Positions 9,777 to 20,847 of a stretch of 64,000 nucleotides of DNA are shown here, one piece after another. Under the pieces are notes generated by a model. The model ran no database searches. It saw only the letters and a program-made list of their open reading frames with translations, and was not told the DNA's origin. Origin of the DNA: Nitrosopumilus sp. (GTDB lineage Archaea; Thermoproteota; Nitrososphaeria; Nitrososphaerales; Nitrosopumilaceae); assembly GCA_965218695.1 (NCBI GenBank), contig OZ244651.1, positions 1,952,001-2,016,000 of the forward strand, given 5' to 3'. The stretch's first letter is position 1, and every line of letters starts with the position of its first letter. A program made the position numbers and the translations under genes.

Positions 9777-11302
9777 GTAAGTGTTCACGTCGTGCCTAAT
9801 TCAGTTCACTCTTGGGTAAATTTTGTGCAAACCACAGATCCAAATAGGATGGTAATCCAAACCCGATGTGAAAAGCCAGGCTGAACTCAAAAAGATGTAC
9901 ACGGATCTCAAGACTGAGAACATCAAGCTCAAGCAGACGATTGAGATGCAAGGGCAGATAATTGAGGAATTGAATCTGGCAGTTGCTGATCTTAAGCGCA
10001 GGCTGGTGCGGCATGACAATTACAACACCCCGTCATCACAAAAAAGGGGGCCCGGATGGCCTGACACAAAGGGAAAAGGCGACGAAAAGAATGCCTACAA
10101 TAAATCCACAAAAGCCTCCCGGGATCAAAAGGACCGCGTGGATGCGGCCGGCAGCGGGAAGTCGCGCGGGGGGCAAAAAGGCCACATGGGCCGCACCCGC
10201 AAGCCAAAACCCACCGAGTTTGAGGAACACACCCCGGAGGCCTGCCCCGAATGCGGCTCGGGTAGCCTTTCCATAGTGCAGTCAGAAAAACGCGACATTA
10301 CCAGGGTGGAGCGCACGATAAAGGTCATCACCACGCGCCACACCATAAACACGTGTCGCTGCTCCTGCGGTCTGGTGGACATCAAGCCCGAGACCGGCCT
10401 TCCAGACAAGGGCAGCTACGATCCGAGCATAACGACTGATGTTGCAGACGATTACGTGTGTCGCATGCCGTTTAGGATGATCGCAGACCGCATGTCGCGG
10501 TACGGAATTACACTCTCCTCGGGCACGGCGCACAACATAATGCGCAGGCTGGGAACGTCGCTGGGCGCCCCTGCGGCAGCCATTGCCGCCATGATACGCA
10601 AGGCCAAGATACTGCACGCCGACGAGACATCGATTCACCTAAACGGCCGCAACGTCTGGGTGTGGATACTGCACGATCCGCTGACCGGGCACGCGCTGTA
10701 CGTGATACGGGACAGCCGGGGGGCAAAGGTTCTGAAAGAAGCGCTTGGGGGTTGGGACGGCACGTTAGTGTGCGACGGCTGGACGGCGTACGGAAAATAC
10801 CGCGTCCAGCGCTGCTGGTCGCACATAATACGCGAGGCCAGGGACATCTGCAACCGCAATCCGGACTGCCCAGGCGCGCGCAACGTCCTGAAGCACCTGC
10901 GCATAATCTATGATTATGCCAGAAGGGCAAGCAGGAAACGCTCGCGCTCTCTCCGGGACAACGCGTCTGCCATGCTGACGTCATGCATCGAAAAGATCGT
11001 TGCAAGGTACGCCGACGATCCAATATTGGAAAAATTCATGGTCAAGATCAGCAATGCTGGCAGCGACCTGTTCCGGTTCGTGCTGAACCCAAAGATCCCG
11101 CCTACAAACAATGCTGCAGAACGCGGGTTGCGCGAGATAGTCGTGCACAGAAAAATACGGGGCAGCATAAGGGCAGAGGAGACGATGACGTGGATGGCGA
11201 ATTTCTTTTCATGTGTAATGACATGGAAAAACAAGAAATTGGATTACTTGGCGGAGATTGCAAAATACGCCTAAAAATGAGTTAAACCACGTGAACACTT
11301 AC
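9777..11302 (+). mobile_element. IS66-family insertion sequence (single-ORF type)
   Basis: 14-bp TIR GTAAGTGTTCACGT; 8-bp TSD CATATTTT (9769-9776, 11303-11310). Confidence 0.93.
9868..11274 (+). CDS. IS66-family transposase
   Basis: Coiled coil, GGQKGH, CPECG zinc finger, HADET, VCDGW, QRCWSH, PTNNAAERGLR. Confidence 0.93.
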   Translation: MKSQAELKKMYTDLKTENIKLKQTIEMQGQIIEELNLAVADLKRRLVRHDNYNTPSSQKRGPGWPDTKGKGDEKNAYNKSTKASRDQKDRVDAAGSGKSRGGQKGHMGRTRKPKPTEFEEHTPEACPECGSGSLSIVQSEKRDITRVERTIKVITTRHTINTCRCSCGLVDIKPETGLPDKGSYDPSITTDVADDYVCRMPFRMIADRMSRYGITLSSGTAHNIMRRLGTSLGAPAAAIAAMIRKAKILHADETSIHLNGRNVWVWILHDPLTGHALYVIRDSRGAKVLKEALGGWDGTLVCDGWTAYGKYRVQRCWSHIIREARDICNRNPDCPGARNVLKHLRIIYDYARRASRKRSRSLRDNASAMLTSCIEKIVARYADDPILEKFMVKISNAGSDLFRFVLNPKIPPTNNAAERGLREIVVHRKIRGSIRAEETMTWMANFFSCVMTWKNKKLDYLAEIAKYA

Positions 11303-12032
11303 CATATTTTTAATGGATGGTCAAGCCCAAATGCCAATTTTGAGACTGCGCTAGCATATCTTGAGAATGAGGTCAATCAAAGTAAGATTGTAGAGGGTGT
11401 TGTCGGGGATCACTTGGTCAGATTCGCGTTTGCAACCAGTAAGAAAAAGCAGACATTTGACTACCATAATCACGTATTCTACTGGAAGGATGGCAGAAAC
11501 AGAGAGGTGGATTTTGTTTTATACAACGGGAGCGATGTCGAGGTTCCCATTGAGATAAAATACAGAAACAAGATCAATCACAAGGAACTGGCACCTTTGG
11601 TGAATTTTCTTGACCGTACAGGGAACAATGCAGGAATAGTAGTCTCAAGGTCAACATGGGATGTAAGGATGGATTACGTGATTATCCCTGCATCCATATT
11701 TTTATTGTTGATATGATAATTCTAGGTTTGTTTTTTACTGTGCTTCTGGAAATATCCTGAAAGGGTTAGGCCGATATAATTCCCGGTTGCAGAAATCGGC
11801 CAAGAATTTCTGCCAATCCGCCGGACAGGTGTCAGACAGGGAGTAACTTTCTGTTCAGGCATGCAGTCGACAATACCAGATACGCCGGGCCGCCTCCAAA
11901 ACCAGGCATGCTGTTTGCAGAACCTGCATGCCCGAGAGTAGGGTGCATGCCAGTCATGGATTTTAACAAAATTATAATACGTCCCGACACCTGTTGTAAG
12001 GGGTATGACTCCAAATGGAACCGTGATTAATC

Positions 12033-13760
12033 ATGGCTGAGGAACTAGCGCAGGTGCCGATAGGCGAGTTTGAGGCCGCATCACGCCTGCTGACTACATC
12101 AGAATCATTGCAGATATCATTCATCATTATGATTCTTGGAATAGCCGGGATTACCATAGGGTACAGAAAGTTTTCATTCTGGGTTATGTCACGAAGATTC
12201 TACTACCAGAGACCACACATCTCAAGATTTGTAAGGAGGGCCGTCCTGCCGTTCTTTGCCATTGCGCTGATTACGGTAATCAATGCCCACATACAGGTTG
12301 ACATCCTGTCAGATGACGTGATCAGTAGTGAGGACATACAGGCACAGGAGATATTTGCAAAGATTCTCAACACATTCAACATCATAGTAATCGGATACAC
12401 CGTGGCGCATCTGATTCCAATCATCCTAACCAAGCGTGAAAAATCAATCCAAGAGAAGAGTGATTTTGATGCCTGGTTCGATATGAGGGGGTTCGTGGAT
12501 GATACAGAAGATCTCTTTCACAGGCTGTACAAGTGGGTTCCGCCAAAGATCAGGCCCGAGGAGATCGAAGAGGAAGAGTTTACGGAGTTACTCAAGACTG
12601 AGGAGGGAGTCAGACGCCTAGAGGAATTTCGTACCACAAAGGGAACCCCGATCGGAGGGTATGAGAAACTAACCAAGGAGCCCTTCGAGGAATGGAAAAA
12701 GTCAGAGCGTGTAAAGTACGACAAGTACTATCAGAACTGCATCACAGGAGAGAACCAGTCCGGCAGGAAACTAAATCCAAGTGCAAGGCCCGAGGAGATA
12801 TTTCCAATCGATACGTGGAGAGAGGAGAAGAGGACATACGGGTATGCGCCGATTATTCCAAGTTCCCGTCCTCCGGGGTACACAAGAAAGAAGAAAAAAG
12901 ATATGCCCAGGTCCACAAAGCAGATACTTCCGGTGGGAATATTTGTGGCAATAATTCTGGGAGTCATGGCATGGTGGGGAGTCGATCTGTTTGTGCTTGC
13001 CACTGCGACCGGCGGTTTTTCAATCGGTCTGGGACTGGCGTTGCAGGAGACCATGCAGAATTATTTTGCATACATTATGATCAGGAAGGACAAGATCTTT
13101 ACGGAAGGAGACAGGGTACAGCTGGAGACTGGATACAACGGATACGTGCACAAGATTACCCCCAGGGTCACGTACATCAGGGACGCTTTGCACGAGTCAA
13201 TCGCGGTCATACCAACCAGGCAGCTGGTTACTGCACAGATCATAAACTACACCAAAGATAACAAGCTTGTTCCGGCCGTGGTAAAGGTGGGAGTGTCATA
13301 TCTGAACGACCCCAAACAGGTCGCATCAATACTAACCAAGGTTGGAAAAAGAGGGATGACGGAGATCATCGATGGCAAGAAAAGGCACTTGGTAAGACAG
13401 AGCAGGTGTCCTTATCTGGACAAAAACATGCCAAGCTGCGGCTGCGACACTAATCTCCATGTGGATCTGACGCAGCCCGTGGTCAGATTTGACAGTTTTA
13501 ATGATTCGTCGCTTGATTTTTCGATGTGGTTGTGGGTCAGAGATTACGGCGCACAGTTCAAGACAAAGACTGACCTGAGAATGATGATATACGAAGAGTT
13601 CAAGAGGTACGATATCAGGATTCCGTGGCCGATACGGACAATATACCAGGGAGACGAGAACAGGGAGAGTGAGGAGATTGCCAAGCACGAACAGGCCAGA
13701 AAGAAAGTGATTGACGAATATGGTATCGGGGATATCGGGCGAGGCGGAGAGGACGAATAA
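12033..13760 (+). CDS. MscS-family mechanosensitive ion channel
   Basis: TM helices, GLGLALQETMQNYFA, FTEGDRV, GVSY, FNDSSLDF, IRIPWP. Confidence 0.88.
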   Translation: MAEELAQVPIGEFEAASRLLTTSESLQISFIIMILGIAGITIGYRKFSFWVMSRRFYYQRPHISRFVRRAVLPFFAIALITVINAHIQVDILSDDVISSEDIQAQEIFAKILNTFNIIVIGYTVAHLIPIILTKREKSIQEKSDFDAWFDMRGFVDDTEDLFHRLYKWVPPKIRPEEIEEEEFTELLKTEEGVRRLEEFRTTKGTPIGGYEKLTKEPFEEWKKSERVKYDKYYQNCITGENQSGRKLNPSARPEEIFPIDTWREEKRTYGYAPIIPSSRPPGYTRKKKKDMPRSTKQILPVGIFVAIILGVMAWWGVDLFVLATATGGFSIGLGLALQETMQNYFAYIMIRKDKIFTEGDRVQLETGYNGYVHKITPRVTYIRDALHESIAVIPTRQLVTAQIINYTKDNKLVPAVVKVGVSYLNDPKQVASILTKVGKRGMTEIIDGKKRHLVRQSRCPYLDKNMPSCGCDTNLHVDLTQPVVRFDSFNDSSLDFSMWLWVRDYGAQFKTKTDLRMMIYEEFKRYDIRIPWPIRTIYQGDENRESEEIAKHEQARKKVIDEYGIGDIGRGGEDE

Positions 13761-13818
13761 ATGGTCCTAGGCGTTATTCCTCTCAAAACTTAAGAGACCC
13801 ATCAATACAGGTCATTTG

Positions 13819-14700
13819 ATGAATGCCTCAGTAATTGCAGGAGCGGCATCAGAGGGTCTGGCAGAAAAGATTGCAGAGAGGCTGGATGCAGACCTGGTAA
13901 GAACCAGTACCAAGGTGTTTCCAGACGGCGAGACCAGGATAACGCTGGACGGTACGGTATCAGAGGGAATGACAGTTGTGGTACAGTCAGCATATCCGCC
14001 GGTTGATACAAACCTGATTGCAGCACTGTCGCTGATCTCAAAGGCAAGCCAAAAGTCGGACAATGTGGTTGCCGTGATTCCGTACATGGGATATGCAAGA
14101 CAGGACAGGGAGTTTTTGCCGGGGGAGATAGTCACGATAAAGATGCTGGGCAGGTTATTTGAGGGTGCCGGTGCTTCAAGGATCATCACCGTTGACATTC
14201 ACAGTATGGTGGGACTGGGACACCTTGGCAGGGCAGACAATGTAAGTGCAATTCCAGGCCTTGCGCGGTACTTTGGCGGTTTGAAGTTAAAGGAGCCCAT
14301 GGCCGTATCGCCGGATCAAGGCGGACTGGACAGGGTAGAGGAGTTTGCAGGAATAATGGGGATTCCGTGGACGGTTCTGGAAAAGTCAAGGGACAGGAAG
14401 ACGGGCAGGGTGCGGATCAACACAGGCACGGCAGAGGAGGTCAGTGACAGGGATCTCATACTGGTTGATGACATGATAAGTACGGGCGGAAGCATAATCA
14501 AGGCAGCGCAGTTCCTAAAGAGGAACAAGTGCAGGAGAATGTTTGTTGCGTGTACGCATGCGCTCCTGATAAATGACGCATACAAAAGGATAAGGCAGGC
14601 AGGTGTGTCAAGGATTGTCAGCACAAACACCATCCCCGGAAGGACATCGGCAGTTGATGTCTCAGACGTGATCGCAAATGCAATAGCTGCCAGGACATAG
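13819..14700 (+). CDS. prs: Ribose-phosphate pyrophosphokinase
   Basis: FPDGE, PYMGYARQD, VSPDQGG, VDDMISTGGS. Confidence 0.95.
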   Translation: MNASVIAGAASEGLAEKIAERLDADLVRTSTKVFPDGETRITLDGTVSEGMTVVVQSAYPPVDTNLIAALSLISKASQKSDNVVAVIPYMGYARQDREFLPGEIVTIKMLGRLFEGAGASRIITVDIHSMVGLGHLGRADNVSAIPGLARYFGGLKLKEPMAVSPDQGGLDRVEEFAGIMGIPWTVLEKSRDRKTGRVRINTGTAEEVSDRDLILVDDMISTGGSIIKAAQFLKRNKCRRMFVACTHALLINDAYKRIRQAGVSRIVSTNTIPGRTSAVDVSDVIANAIAART

Positions 14701-14733
14701 GCATAAAAGCCTAAGAAGAGCAGTTTTGATGAA

Positions 14734-15633
14734 ATGAGATTTGTATTCCTTGGAACGTCTGCTGCCCAACCCACCAGAAGGAGGGGACTGTCATGCCTGT
14801 GCTTGGAGAGGGAGGGGGAGATTTTGATGTTTGACGCGGGAGAGTCTGCACAGAATGCCTACATGCGGGCGGGTCTTGGATGGAACAAAAAGATGAAGGT
14901 GTTCATAACGCATATGCACGGGGACCACTGTGTGGGGGTTCTGGGGCTGCTGCAGACAATGTCGATGCAGAAGAGAACCACGCCCCTGGAGATATTTGGG
15001 CCAGATGGGATAGAGGAGTTTATTGCAGCAAACATCAGGATGCTGAACTTTGGTCTGTCGTTTCCGGTTATGATCGAGACTGTCAGGGAAGGGAAGGTTC
15101 TTGACGGTTCGGGGTATGTCATCAGGGCGTGCAGGGCAAAGCATTCCGTTGTCACCTTCTCGTACCTGTTTGAGGAAAAAGACAAGCCGGGCAGGTTTAA
15201 TGCGGCAGAGGCCAAAAAGTTGAAGATACCGGAGGGGCCGCTTTGGGGAAGGCTGCAGGACGGCAACGAGGTTACGGTGAACGGACAGGTAATAAAACCG
15301 GAACAGGTGCTCGGAAAGAACCGTCCGGGCACAAAGATAGGAATCTCAGGGGATACGAGGCCCACGCAGGAGTTGGAGAGATTCTTTGGGGGGTGCGACT
15401 ATCTTGTGTTCGATTCGACATTTCTGGACGAACATGGGGAACGGGCGCACAAGACATTGCATTCCACCGCGGGAGAGGCAGCGATGCTGGGGAGGAGTGC
15501 GGGGGTAAAGAACCTGGTGATGACGCACTTTTCTGCAAGATACAAAGACGAGTCAGGACATCTGGCAGAAGCGTCCAAGATTCATGGCTCGGTGATAGCC
15601 GCAAGGGATCTTCTGGAGATTGAGATCAGATGA
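14734..15633 (+). CDS. rnz: Ribonuclease Z
   Basis: FLGTS, THMHGDH, SGDTRP, HST, THFSARY. Confidence 0.95.
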   Translation: MRFVFLGTSAAQPTRRRGLSCLCLEREGEILMFDAGESAQNAYMRAGLGWNKKMKVFITHMHGDHCVGVLGLLQTMSMQKRTTPLEIFGPDGIEEFIAANIRMLNFGLSFPVMIETVREGKVLDGSGYVIRACRAKHSVVTFSYLFEEKDKPGRFNAAEAKKLKIPEGPLWGRLQDGNEVTVNGQVIKPEQVLGKNRPGTKIGISGDTRPTQELERFFGGCDYLVFDSTFLDEHGERAHKTLHSTAGEAAMLGRSAGVKNLVMTHFSARYKDESGHLAEASKIHGSVIAARDLLEIEIR

Positions 15634-16349
15634 GTTTTGAGGGAATGCAGGACAGGATCCGGTCGGTCAAGAGGATAGTGTTTGTGACAGGCGCCGGGGT
15701 CTCGCAGGAGAGTGGTATCCCCACATTCAGGGGAAAGGACGGGTTGTGGAGGAGGTACGATGTCATGAAGCTTGCAACGATTGATGCATTTTATGAGGAT
15801 CCCGTGCTGGTATGGGAGTGGTACAATGAGAGAAGGAAGGGAATTCTTGCCGCAAAGCCAAACCCGGGACATGTAGCCATTGCCGAGTTGGAGAGGTATG
15901 TCGATGTACGTGTCCTTACACAGAACATAGATGGGTTGCATCAGAGGGCCGGAAGCTCGCACGTCTCGGAGCTGCATGGGAGCATTGTAAGGGTCAGGTG
16001 TGTCTCATGCGGTGAAGGCGGGGAGAGGACAGGTGAGTTTGCCAAGGTTCCCCCAATGTGCGGCTGCGGTGGCATGCTCCGGCCCGATGTGGTGTGGTTT
16101 GGAGAACCGCTGCCGCAGGACGTATGGGGGGAGGCCATCAGGCAGGCAGGCAGGTGTGATGTAATGGTGGTTGCAGGCACGTCCCTTGAGGTCTCCCCGG
16201 CAAACACGCTGCCATACCATGCACGGCGGGGCGGCGCTGCCATAATAGAGGTAAATCCGGCAGAAACTTGCATGTCGTCATACATGGATCACACCGCAAG
16301 GGGGACGTGTGCAGGCATCCTTCCGGGATTGGTATCGTTGTTCAGATAA
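15630..16349 (+). CDS. cobB: NAD-dependent protein deacylase (Sir2 family)
   Basis: [38 protein letters not shown]. Confidence 0.93.
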   Translation: MSFEGMQDRIRSVKRIVFVTGAGVSQESGIPTFRGKDGLWRRYDVMKLATIDAFYEDPVLVWEWYNERRKGILAAKPNPGHVAIAELERYVDVRVLTQNIDGLHQRAGSSHVSELHGSIVRVRCVSCGEGGERTGEFAKVPPMCGCGGMLRPDVVWFGEPLPQDVWGEAIRQAGRCDVMVVAGTSLEVSPANTLPYHARRGGAAIIEVNPAETCMSSYMDHTARGTCAGILPGLVSLFR

Positions 16350-16410
16350 GGTCAGGCAGCATATACTCCAGGGAGAAAATATTCGTAAATAATACGGCAT
16401 AAAATCATAA

Positions 16411-16794
16411 TTATGGCGGGGTGTCCTCGAATTCACCATCGGCGGAGTTCTGCGGTCCCTGGATGGCATCCTCGATGAACTTAAGTGGATTGATGTTTGA
16501 GAGCACGTCGGCGGTAGTGTCCTTTGAGGACTCACCCACTTCATGCAGTGTGCCGGAGACCTGCTGGCCGGTGTTGCTGATTTCCTCAGTTATGGCACTG
16601 CCTGCCATGTCAAACGAGTCATCTAGTCGCTCCTGTAGGGAGTCAGTCGTTCTGTCGCCGAGACTGTTTATGTCGTCTGTCAAGGCGTCATTTATGACGG
16701 CGGTGGTGGAAGGGAAGATGTTGCCGATCTCGTTGTAGAATATCAGACCGCCCAGTATCACAATACCTGCAATTATGCCCAGTTTTATCAGCAT
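16411..16794 (-). CDS. Hypothetical protein with N-terminal TM helix
   Basis: 127-aa ORF; hydrophobic N-terminus, acidic remainder. Confidence 0.65.
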   Translation of the reverse strand: MLIKLGIIAGIVILGGLIFYNEIGNIFPSTTAVINDALTDDINSLGDRTTDSLQERLDDSFDMAGSAITEEISNTGQQVSGTLHEVGESSKDTTADVLSNINPLKFIEDAIQGPQNSADGEFEDTPP

Positions 16795-16864
16795 TGAAAG
16801 AATCTCATGAATTAACGATTTTACAGTAAAACTAAAAAAAATACTCGGAGATGATTGAATTTTA

Positions 16865-17269
16865 TTAACTAATCATGCCAGATGCCATCCAGGCTGTAAT
16901 CCTGTCAATGTCCCGGGATGTTATGGTTACAGTGATTGGCCCCAGTGGGGATTCTGAGGCACTCTCACAGATTGCAACCTTGCCAGCAAGTGCCGCCTGC
17001 CTGTTGAGGTAGAACCAGGTGGAGTCATCCTGCGTGTTTCCCAAAAGACGTCGCCTGTATGTACCCTGCGACTGTCCTGCCTGAATCGTCTTACAGATCT
17101 GTTCAAGGGACTGCAGGTTGACAGACTCTGCACTGACGCAAGATGCATCAAGCTGCGTTGTAGAGTATGGGAATATTTCGGATACTGCCTGCATGACCTT
17201 TTGGGGATCCTCAGACGGGTTTATCCTGGCAGACATCCGTATCAGACAATCCAGAACGGGGGTCTTCAT
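16865..17269 (-). CDS. DUF54/UPF0201 RNA-binding-like protein
   Basis: INPSEDPQKV..FP, FYLNRQAA..G, ESPLGPI. Confidence 0.85.
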   Translation of the reverse strand: MKTPVLDCLIRMSARINPSEDPQKVMQAVSEIFPYSTTQLDASCVSAESVNLQSLEQICKTIQAGQSQGTYRRRLLGNTQDDSTWFYLNRQAALAGKVAICESASESPLGPITVTITSRDIDRITAWMASGMIS

Positions 17270-17811
17270 GTCCAGCCCCGGATGACCCGGAGGGCATCTG
17301 CAATCAATGTCTCCTTTGACACGCCTATGTTTGACAGGGTATAGTCAGAGAGTACGATGGAATTGCTGATGCCTACGTTGAGTTCACGGCCATCCCGCTC
17401 GTCAAAGTGCTGCCTTGTCTGGGGATCGTCTGATCTTGCCCTCTTTTGCAGAAAACCAAATCGGACATCCGTTGAGGCGTGTACTGCCAGCAGCTTTACT
17501 TTGCCAAATTTCTGGAGTACGGCTACCTCGTCGTTGGATCTTACCCCGTCAACCAGTACGACATCAGATGCAGACGACTCGATCTTGGGCCTTATCAGTT
17601 CGGCTACGGCACCCGAACCGCCGTCTTCTCTGAGTTCAAGCATAAGTCTTCCAAGGTTTGTCCGGGTAGGCTCAAGACCGCGTCGGGTCGCCTCGTCCCT
17701 TACGGCATCACCCATGCTCAGTGCCTCATATCCCTCCGTCTTCAACCCGTCTACAATGGTGGTCTTTCCGGCACCTGGCATTCCAGTCAGACACACGATC
17801 AGTTTTGACAA
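17266..17811 (-). CDS. UPF0200 nucleotide kinase (dephospho-CoA kinase-like)
   Basis: GMPGAGKT, MGDAVR, VDGVRS, RSDDP. Confidence 0.85.
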   Translation of the reverse strand: MSKLIVCLTGMPGAGKTTIVDGLKTEGYEALSMGDAVRDEATRRGLEPTRTNLGRLMLELREDGGSGAVAELIRPKIESSASDVVLVDGVRSNDEVAVLQKFGKVKLLAVHASTDVRFGFLQKRARSDDPQTRQHFDERDGRELNVGISNSIVLSDYTLSNIGVSKETLIADALRVIRGWT

Positions 17812-18180
17812 TGTGTAGGATTGGCAGAGCTGGTATATTGAAGTTGGGAGATATCATTATAGTAAGTTCCTCCCGGAGATGGAGTTGTGAGAACCTTCGT
17901 GGCAGTCCAGATATCAGACACGGGCATAATTGACTGGATAGGAAGAATCCGGTCAGAAATTGGGGCAGGTCACAGGCATGTAAGGCCGGAGAATCTTCAT
18001 TTTACGCTACAGTTCCTAGGAGAGATCCCAGAGGACGTCCTTGGAGAAGTAATCAGGGCCGTCGAAGGCATCAGGTTTTTGGGGTTTGACGTGTCGCTAA
18101 TGGGGATCGGTGCGTTTCCCAGTGCAAGACGCCCAAGGGCGGTATGGGTGGGCACAGACAGTGCAGGAGGCGACATGCTA

Positions 18181-19274
18181 TAGTGACGCGCAAAAGTTTT
18201 GACAAATTCTGCCCGAAAACTATGTAGATCCGTGGTCCTTGAACGCAGCATGGACGAAACAAAACAGGAAGAACTCGAAAAGGCGTACAAAAAGGAAAAA
18301 GACGGCAGGGTGCGTGTCAGAATGCTTGCAGTGCACATGGTACACGTGCGCAAGATGAGCATAAGCGATGCCGCAGACATTCTCTTGCAGGCTGACCGGT
18401 GGGTATACCGCTGGATGCGCAGATACGAGGAAGGAGGCCTCGAAGGCCTCCGGGATCTTCCCAGATCCGGCAGGCCGCCCAAGATTTCGCCGGAAGCGAT
18501 GGACGGCATACTGGACAAGGTAGTGGACCGGTTCAAGACCACTCCTGCCGAACTGCAGCAGGTCATACACAGGGAAACGGGAACAAAGATGCACAGAACG
18601 AATATCAGGAAAATCATGCAAAAATACGGCCTGTCTCCCAAGGGGTCGCAAAGGATCCACATCAACAGGGCCACCAAAACGGCCGTAAAAGCTGGCAATA
18701 TCGCCTCAAAAAGAGAATTTCACGCCTAGAAAAGGACGATTTTGTCCCAGTCGTGGAAGACGAGGCGTTCTTCATACACGACGTAAAATCGGGTCGCAAG
18801 TATTGGTCGCCTGTGGGGGTGCCAATAACCGTGCCATACACTGGAAGCCACAAAAGAATCGCCGTGTACGGTTCAGTCACGACCGATGGCAGGCAGTTCT
18901 TCAGGACTGCCAGCGGGTTTAACGCGCCCACATTTGTTGCGTACCTCAAGGCCCTGCAGAGGCATTTTGGGAAGGTGGCCGTCATGGTGGACAGGGCGTC
19001 CCCGCACCGCGCAAAAGCCGTCCGGACGCTGCTGCGCGAGAACAAGAACATCAAGATCATATACCTGCCAAAAGGCTCGCCGTATCTCAACGCCGTGGAA
19101 GAATGCTGGCACCAAGGAAAACGGAACCTGCTTGTCTCAGAATACTACAAAACCTTCTTGGACATGCACAGTGCCGTCTCCCAGTATTATCGAACTGCAA
19201 GATTCAATCTGGATTTGTTCAAATTCCTTAACAGAAAAGCCGAATTATTTTGCAGGAACTTTTGATCGCCACTA
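18181..19274 (+). mobile_element. IS630-family insertion sequence
   Basis: Imperfect TIR TAGTGACGCGCAAAAGTT / TAGTGGCGATCAAAAGTT; TA duplication at 18179-80 and 19275-76. Confidence 0.9.
18250..19265 (+). CDS. IS630 transposase in two ORFs (HTH part to 18729; DDE part in the -1 frame to 19265)
   Basis: WMRRYEEGGLEGL..PRSGRP; EDEA, VDRASPH, YLPKGSPYLNAVEECW. Confidence 0.85.
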
Positions 19275-19518
19275 TAGTAGGGCTGTCAGGTAAGGTGCAA
19301 GAAGCACTTGAACCGTTAGGGCTGTCTCCGGACAAGCCGTTTAGACCACACCTGACTATATTTAGAATTAAAAAGAAGGCAGATGATATGACAGAGGAGT
19401 TGAAGAGGTATGAGGGAGTGTGTCTCGGGACACAGAGGATAGAGAGCATCAGGCTCAAGAAGAGCGTGCTGGAACCGGACGGTCCGACTTATTCGGATCT
19501 GGCAGTAGTGGGTGCCGT

Positions 19519-20847
19519 ATGAAGGAGATCATCTCTGAGGTTGCCAAAAGGTCAGTTCCCTCAGGGGAGGAGAGCCAAGAGATGGATGGTATTGCAGACA
19601 GGGTGTTTGCCATGGTACAAAAGACGATCGAGGGGTTTCCAGATGTTGTCGGACTGGAGTTTGGCGGGTCGTTTGCAAAGGGGACATGGCTGCCACTAGA
19701 TGCAGATGTGGACATATTCATCAGGTTCAAAGAGTCCGTTACGGACAGTGAGTTTGAACGAATCTCAATGACGGTGGGCTTTGAGGCCCTGAAGGATTAT
19801 TCCCCGTATGTCAGATACTCTGAGCACCCGTATGTGGAGGCCAGGGTTGGCGGGACAAAAATCAATGTGGTGCCATGTTATGACGTGGAGGCAGGAAGGT
19901 GGAGGAGTGCTGCAGACAGATCCACGTTCCATACCAAGTTCATGAAGGACGCGCTGAGTGCGGAGATGAAAAACGAGGTCAGGATTCTAAAGATGTTTCT
20001 AAAGGCAAATAGGATCTATGGTGCGGAGATAGCCAGGCAAGGCCTAAGCGGGTATCTGACGGAGGTGCTGGTGCTGGAGTTTGGCAGTTTTGAGGGCGTG
20101 GTAAGGGCCGTTTCGGAGATTGAGGAGGGGCAGGTTATTGGAAAGGCGTCAAGGAGTTTTGACAGTCCGGTAGTGATAGTGGATCCGATTGACGGGGACA
20201 GGAATCTGGCTGCGGCAATCTCCGGTGAGAATCTTGGAAGGCTGGTGATGTCGTGCAGGGCCTTCATGGAGAGACCCTCGCAGAAATTCTTTGAGAGCAG
20301 GGTGCCGGTGGCATCAGAGAAGTACTGGAAGAACATACTGGTAGTAGGATTTGAAGCCGAGGCAAGGGGTTCGGACATACTATGGGGACAGATAAAGAGA
20401 GCCGCATCCTCGCTGTCAACGCAGTTGGGACAGAGCGGATTCAGGGTGCTGAGAAGCAAAGCCCATACCGATGGGCAGGGAGAGGTGTGTCTATTCTTTT
20501 TGCTTGAGTCGCCAAGCATTTCGCAGGTGTATGCAAAGGAGGGACCAGAGTTTTTCAGAAGGGATGGTTCGGACAGGTTCGTCCAGAAACACCTCAAGGA
20601 TTCGGAGTTTGTGTGGGTTGGGGACGGAAGGATCAATGCGTTCAAGACAAGAAGTCATACGGAGGCAGAGGCATTCATGGGGGATCTGTTGGAGAACAGT
20701 CTCAAGACCTGTGTGCCGCAGGGCCTTCAGCAGGATTTCAGTCGCGGCTTCTGGATCAGAATGGGCGATAAGGACGTGGACAAATCAATTAAAGAGGCTG
20801 CAGGGGAATTGATCGCGACTGACGATGCACTCCTTTATTTCAATTGA
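19519..20847 (+). CDS. cca: CCA-adding tRNA nucleotidyltransferase (archaeal class I)
   Basis: GGSFAKGTWL..DVDIF, YSEHPY, VVPCY, SAADRS, DPIDGDRN. Confidence 0.93.
   Translation: MKEIISEVAKRSVPSGEESQEMDGIADRVFAMVQKTIEGFPDVVGLEFGGSFAKGTWLPLDADVDIFIRFKESVTDSEFERISMTVGFEALKDYSPYVRYSEHPYVEARVGGTKINVVPCYDVEAGRWRSAADRSTFHTKFMKDALSAEMKNEVRILKMFLKANRIYGAEIARQGLSGYLTEVLVLEFGSFEGVVRAVSEIEEGQVIGKASRSFDSPVVIVDPIDGDRNLAAAISGENLGRLVMSCRAFMERPSQKFFESRVPVASEKYWKNILVVGFEAEARGSDILWGQIKRAASSLSTQLGQSGFRVLRSKAHTDGQGEVCLFFLLESPSISQVYAKEGPEFFRRDGSDRFVQKHLKDSEFVWVGDGRINAFKTRSHTEAEAFMGDLLENSLKTCVPQGLQQDFSRGFWIRMGDKDVDKSIKEAAGELIATDDALLYFN

Larger units (their letters stand above)
8668..11716 (+). pseudogene. AAA_14/DUF4143 ATP-binding protein disrupted by IS66
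   Basis: GPRQVGKTT, LFLDE, VTGS, TGGIP, KFYFHDP before the IS; YWK..REVDFV..PIEIKY after. Removing the IS and one TSD restores FLHIFNGW. Confidence 0.9.
17887..19522 (+). pseudogene. thpR: RNA 2',3'-cyclic phosphodiesterase disrupted by IS630
   Basis: MRTFVAV..LHFTLQFLGE..GAFP before the IS; FRPHLTIFR..GPTY after. Excision restores DMLVGLSGK. Confidence 0.9.
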
